Shown in pieces: positions 61,508-64,000 of a stretch of DNA of 64,000 nucleotides. The notes beneath the pieces are model-generated. The model saw only the letters and a program-made list of their open reading frames with translations, was not told the DNA's origin and searched no databases. Position numbers and translations under genes: made by a program. This DNA comes from an uncultured bacterium (lineage in GTDB: Bacteria > Auribacterota > Erginobacteria > Erginobacterales > Erginobacteraceae): positions 96,001-160,000 of the forward strand of contig CAWGIE010000010.1 in NCBI GenBank assembly GCA_963822585.1. The letters run 5' to 3'. Every line of letters begins with the position of its first letter. Within the stretch, counting starts at the first letter, position 1.

Positions 61508-62257
61508 ATGAGTCAGGTGAACAGCAATGCAAAGAACCATAGAATCTCAATTCGCTGGTCCCGCGTGGATGCCCTCCTGCGAATAGGCCTGGCATTTCTC
61601 GTAATTTCAGGTCTTTTGGTCACTTTTCGCGAACGGATCGTCCTCGTCTGCAGCCACAGTGGCTTGATTGACTTCCCGATTCTCCACCTGTCGGTTCTGC
61701 TTCTCGTCTGCGTTTTATTCTTGATTGTTCAATGGTTCCGTGCCTGCTACGGCGAGATCGTGATGCTTCGCTCATACCTAGAGGACTATGTACCTCAAAT
61801 CCCCAGCGGTGGTTACTACACAGTCGTTCTCACTGCTCTCTTTCTTGGAACCATGGGTTATTTCTCGCCGCGGATCCTGATATTCTCCGCCATCTTCGTC
61901 TGTTATAACCTGTCCGACATTTGGGGCCAGTGGTATATGATAACGCGATTCCGGATCATGATCAAAAGCATGAAAACGTCCATTCCCTCCGATGATACCC
62001 GTTGGCGTGACTGGCGGATTATTGAGACCTATTATCTTGGAAGGCCTCACATCCGGCGTTGCATCATCATTCTCGTTTGTTCTATCATCTGCGTAGTGCT
62101 CTCGACCCTTGCACTATTTCCAGATTTCGCTGGATCCTCCCGTATGCTTACCATCATCGCCTATGTTATCATGATACTCAACATCGCGGTATCAGAGGCG
62201 ATCATCATGAATTGGAGACGAATTCGCGACCGGGACCTAGAAGAGACCTACGCATGA
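61508..62257 (+). CDS. Multi-pass membrane protein (gene cassette)
   Basis: AAGGAGGT RBS, about six hydrophobic segments. Confidence 0.75.
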   Translation: MSQVNSNAKNHRISIRWSRVDALLRIGLAFLVISGLLVTFRERIVLVCSHSGLIDFPILHLSVLLLVCVLFLIVQWFRACYGEIVMLRSYLEDYVPQIPSGGYYTVVLTALFLGTMGYFSPRILIFSAIFVCYNLSDIWGQWYMITRFRIMIKSMKTSIPSDDTRWRDWRIIETYYLGRPHIRRCIIILVCSIICVVLSTLALFPDFAGSSRMLTIIAYVIMILNIAVSEAIIMNWRRIRDRDLEETYA

Positions 62258-62275
62258 TGCATGTGTGTCAAAGAA

Positions 62276-62456
62276 CTCCAATAGGCCGTTGAACCAACTC
62301 AGTTCCGCTACGTGGTCCCAACTGATTAACGTAGTGCTGCTTCGCCAGCGTGCGGCTAATCCGAGCTTCGCGTGGCCCAACCACGTGTTGAATCCTTCGC
62401 CGCTCACGCCTGCGCCCCCTGCGGGGTCGCTCCGTGCGCGTCGAGGCTCAGCGCCA
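62276..62456 (+). other. Degenerate attC, mini-cassette, and attC truncated by module D
   Basis: CTCCAAT..GCTGCTT (62276-62342); GCCCAAC (62375)...ggctcagcgcca, then module D. Confidence 0.6.
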
Positions 62457-62457
62457 T

Positions 62458-62767
62458 CCCCCCAGACCCCCGCGGCTCTTGCCCCGAGATAGCCAAGCTA
62501 TTTTTTGGGGTTACATCACGGGTGAATCAGTCCAGCAGCCACCCATTCCGGAATATAGTAGTCGGCATGACCGCCGGCATGAAAGTACCTGAGCCCGGAG
62601 TTCTTCTTTTCAATCCACCCGGAATTGGTTGCGTGAATTGAGCCATAATGAAATTCACCACGGTCATTTTGCTCAAAACCAGGGTCATCACGCGCCCGGG
62701 TTTGTCTTGACATGCCGGGATCTTTTTGCTGAAATGTAAGAAAAGAACTTCGGTATAACTTATCGTT
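62458..62767 (+). repeat. Module D (best-preserved attI-like end)
   Basis: Ends cggtaTAAC-ttatc-GTTAgtc; TTGACA ~55 bp upstream. Confidence 0.88.
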
Positions 62768-62785
62768 AGTCTTAAAGATATTGAT

Positions 62786-63613
62786 ATGGCAGTTCCTATC
62801 ATAGAAGTGGACGACATCCTGGCGCACTATTTGTCACCGCGCCACATCGGCGGGGGCGGACAGAAACTCGTCTTCGTGGTCAATGATGCGCACCGAGGAG
62901 AACTCGTTCTGAAGATTGGCGGCTATCGCTCGCAGCAGGCCTTACAAAGAGCCCAAAGAGAAGTCTCCACTTTGTCGGGCATAAGTTCACAGTACTTCCC
63001 GGAACAATATGGCTTCGAGATCATTGATGACCACAGGTATGCGATCACGGAGGAATACCTACCAGGCGTGTCACTCGCCGCCGTCGTTGCGGATTTTGCC
63101 GCCGAGCCCAAGCTCATCAACCTCCTGCTTCATCTCACTCGCGGCCTCTCCGAGTTGTGGCGCAGACGAGTGGTACACCGCGACGTAAAACCGGCAAATA
63201 TCCTAATCACACCAACCGGACCAAAGATAATCGATCTCGGCATAGCGCGTCTCTTAGACTGTACATCCCTTACGCACTCCTTCGCTCCCATCGGGCCATG
63301 CACTCCGGCATACGCCTCACCGGAGCAATTGCGCAATCGCAAACGAGACATAGACCACAGAAGTGATCAATTCAGTTTGGGTATCGTGAGCGCTCAACTT
63401 GCTATGAGTGGAACTCACCCCTTTGACACGCATCTAATCGGCGGTGACAGTGTGCCCGAGAACATTCTGGGGGGACGCTGGGCGCGGGATAACATAGCCG
63501 CTCGCGTTTCTGATCCGTTGCTCGCAGTCGTTACTCGACTTCTGGCGCCAGAACCATACATGCGATATAGAAGAGGTAAGGACATTCTGGATTCCTTGGA
63601 GAAGGCACTATAG
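62786..63613 (+). CDS. Hanks-type Ser/Thr protein kinase (kinase domain only)
   Basis: GGGGQKLV, VLK, HRDVKPANIL, DLG, YASPEQ, SDQFSLG. Confidence 0.93.
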   Translation: MAVPIIEVDDILAHYLSPRHIGGGGQKLVFVVNDAHRGELVLKIGGYRSQQALQRAQREVSTLSGISSQYFPEQYGFEIIDDHRYAITEEYLPGVSLAAVVADFAAEPKLINLLLHLTRGLSELWRRRVVHRDVKPANILITPTGPKIIDLGIARLLDCTSLTHSFAPIGPCTPAYASPEQLRNRKRDIDHRSDQFSLGIVSAQLAMSGTHPFDTHLIGGDSVPENILGGRWARDNIAARVSDPLLAVVTRLLAPEPYMRYRRGKDILDSLEKAL

Positions 63614-63623
63614 GGGATCGCTA

Positions 63624-64000
63624 ATGACCGCACTATTTCATCAATTGGGACATAGATTTCAGTGGAGTCTTGACAGCCTCACAGACGAAGGAACTGGTGA
63701 CGGTGCTATTATCGGACCGCGATATATGGACCGTTCCTGTGTTACGAGACTGCCAGATGCAATCAGGACCGTATCTTTATTCGACCCTCAGTTCTTCCTG
63801 CCCCAATCTGCGCAGGGTAAGCTCTCAACATATCCTTTCTTCCCTCAAGTGATTGCCGGGGGATTTGCGACTACCGAATGGGACGAAACGCTCGGAGATC
63901 GATGTGCGCAGGAGTGCTTGCGATTCCAGGACGAATGTGCATTTGGTAGTCTTGTCATTCCCGGCCGGTTCTATGATGGCATGCCATCCGATTTTGTCGA
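63624..64000 (+). CDS. Partial hypothetical protein downstream of the kinase (runs off the window)
   Basis: MTALFHQLGHRFQWSLDSL..GDGAIIGPR..LFDPQFFLP.., open to the window end; missing from the ORF track. Confidence 0.8.
   Translation, partial: MTALFHQLGHRFQWSLDSLTDEGTGDGAIIGPRYMDRSCVTRLPDAIRTVSLFDPQFFLPQSAQGKLSTYPFFPQVIAGGFATTEWDETLGDRCAQECLRFQDECAFGSLVIPGRFYDGMPSDFV

Noticed and set aside
59081..62827. Minus-strand ORFs inside modules C and D as an intI fragment or conserved peptide
   Set aside because: No tyrosine-recombinase motifs; starts and frames are not conserved across the four copies.

Overview
Bacterial chromosomal window in three parts; taxon not assignable from the sequence alone. 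(1) 1-14,000 is an accessory region. It holds DUF4062 genes (one disrupted), a DUF1016 nuclease between 225-bp direct repeats, an IS21-like end and a GC-rich palindromic non-coding tract with a hairpin array and two Xer-like sites. It also holds an omptin protease, a stand-alone PEARL-type (small LanB) enzyme and a secreted avidin-like/pepsin fusion. (2) 14,100-50,018 is a GC-rich housekeeping block: tRNA-Lys, tRNA-Glu, lolA-mlaEFD-psd-pssA-ldt, leuCDB-asd-truA, rplM-rpsI, argCJBDGH, lysA-dapFAB-dapL, folK-panBC. Its spacers are packed with small palindromic and 7-9-mer repeat elements. (3) 50,018-64,000 is the most striking part, an integron-like cassette region with no integrase in the window. 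A ~300-350-bp non-coding module ending in an attI-like site (CGGTATAAC-N5-GTT) occurs four times. Each copy heads its own short run of attC-bounded cassettes: toxin-antitoxin pairs, a caspase/CHAT-like protein, an AlbA_2/Schlafen protein, a membrane protein and a Ser/Thr kinase operon. A repeated ~40-bp ORF-less mini-cassette is interleaved, and a two-component system plus trk operon also sits in this part. All calls come from motif recognition by eye; no database searches were run.
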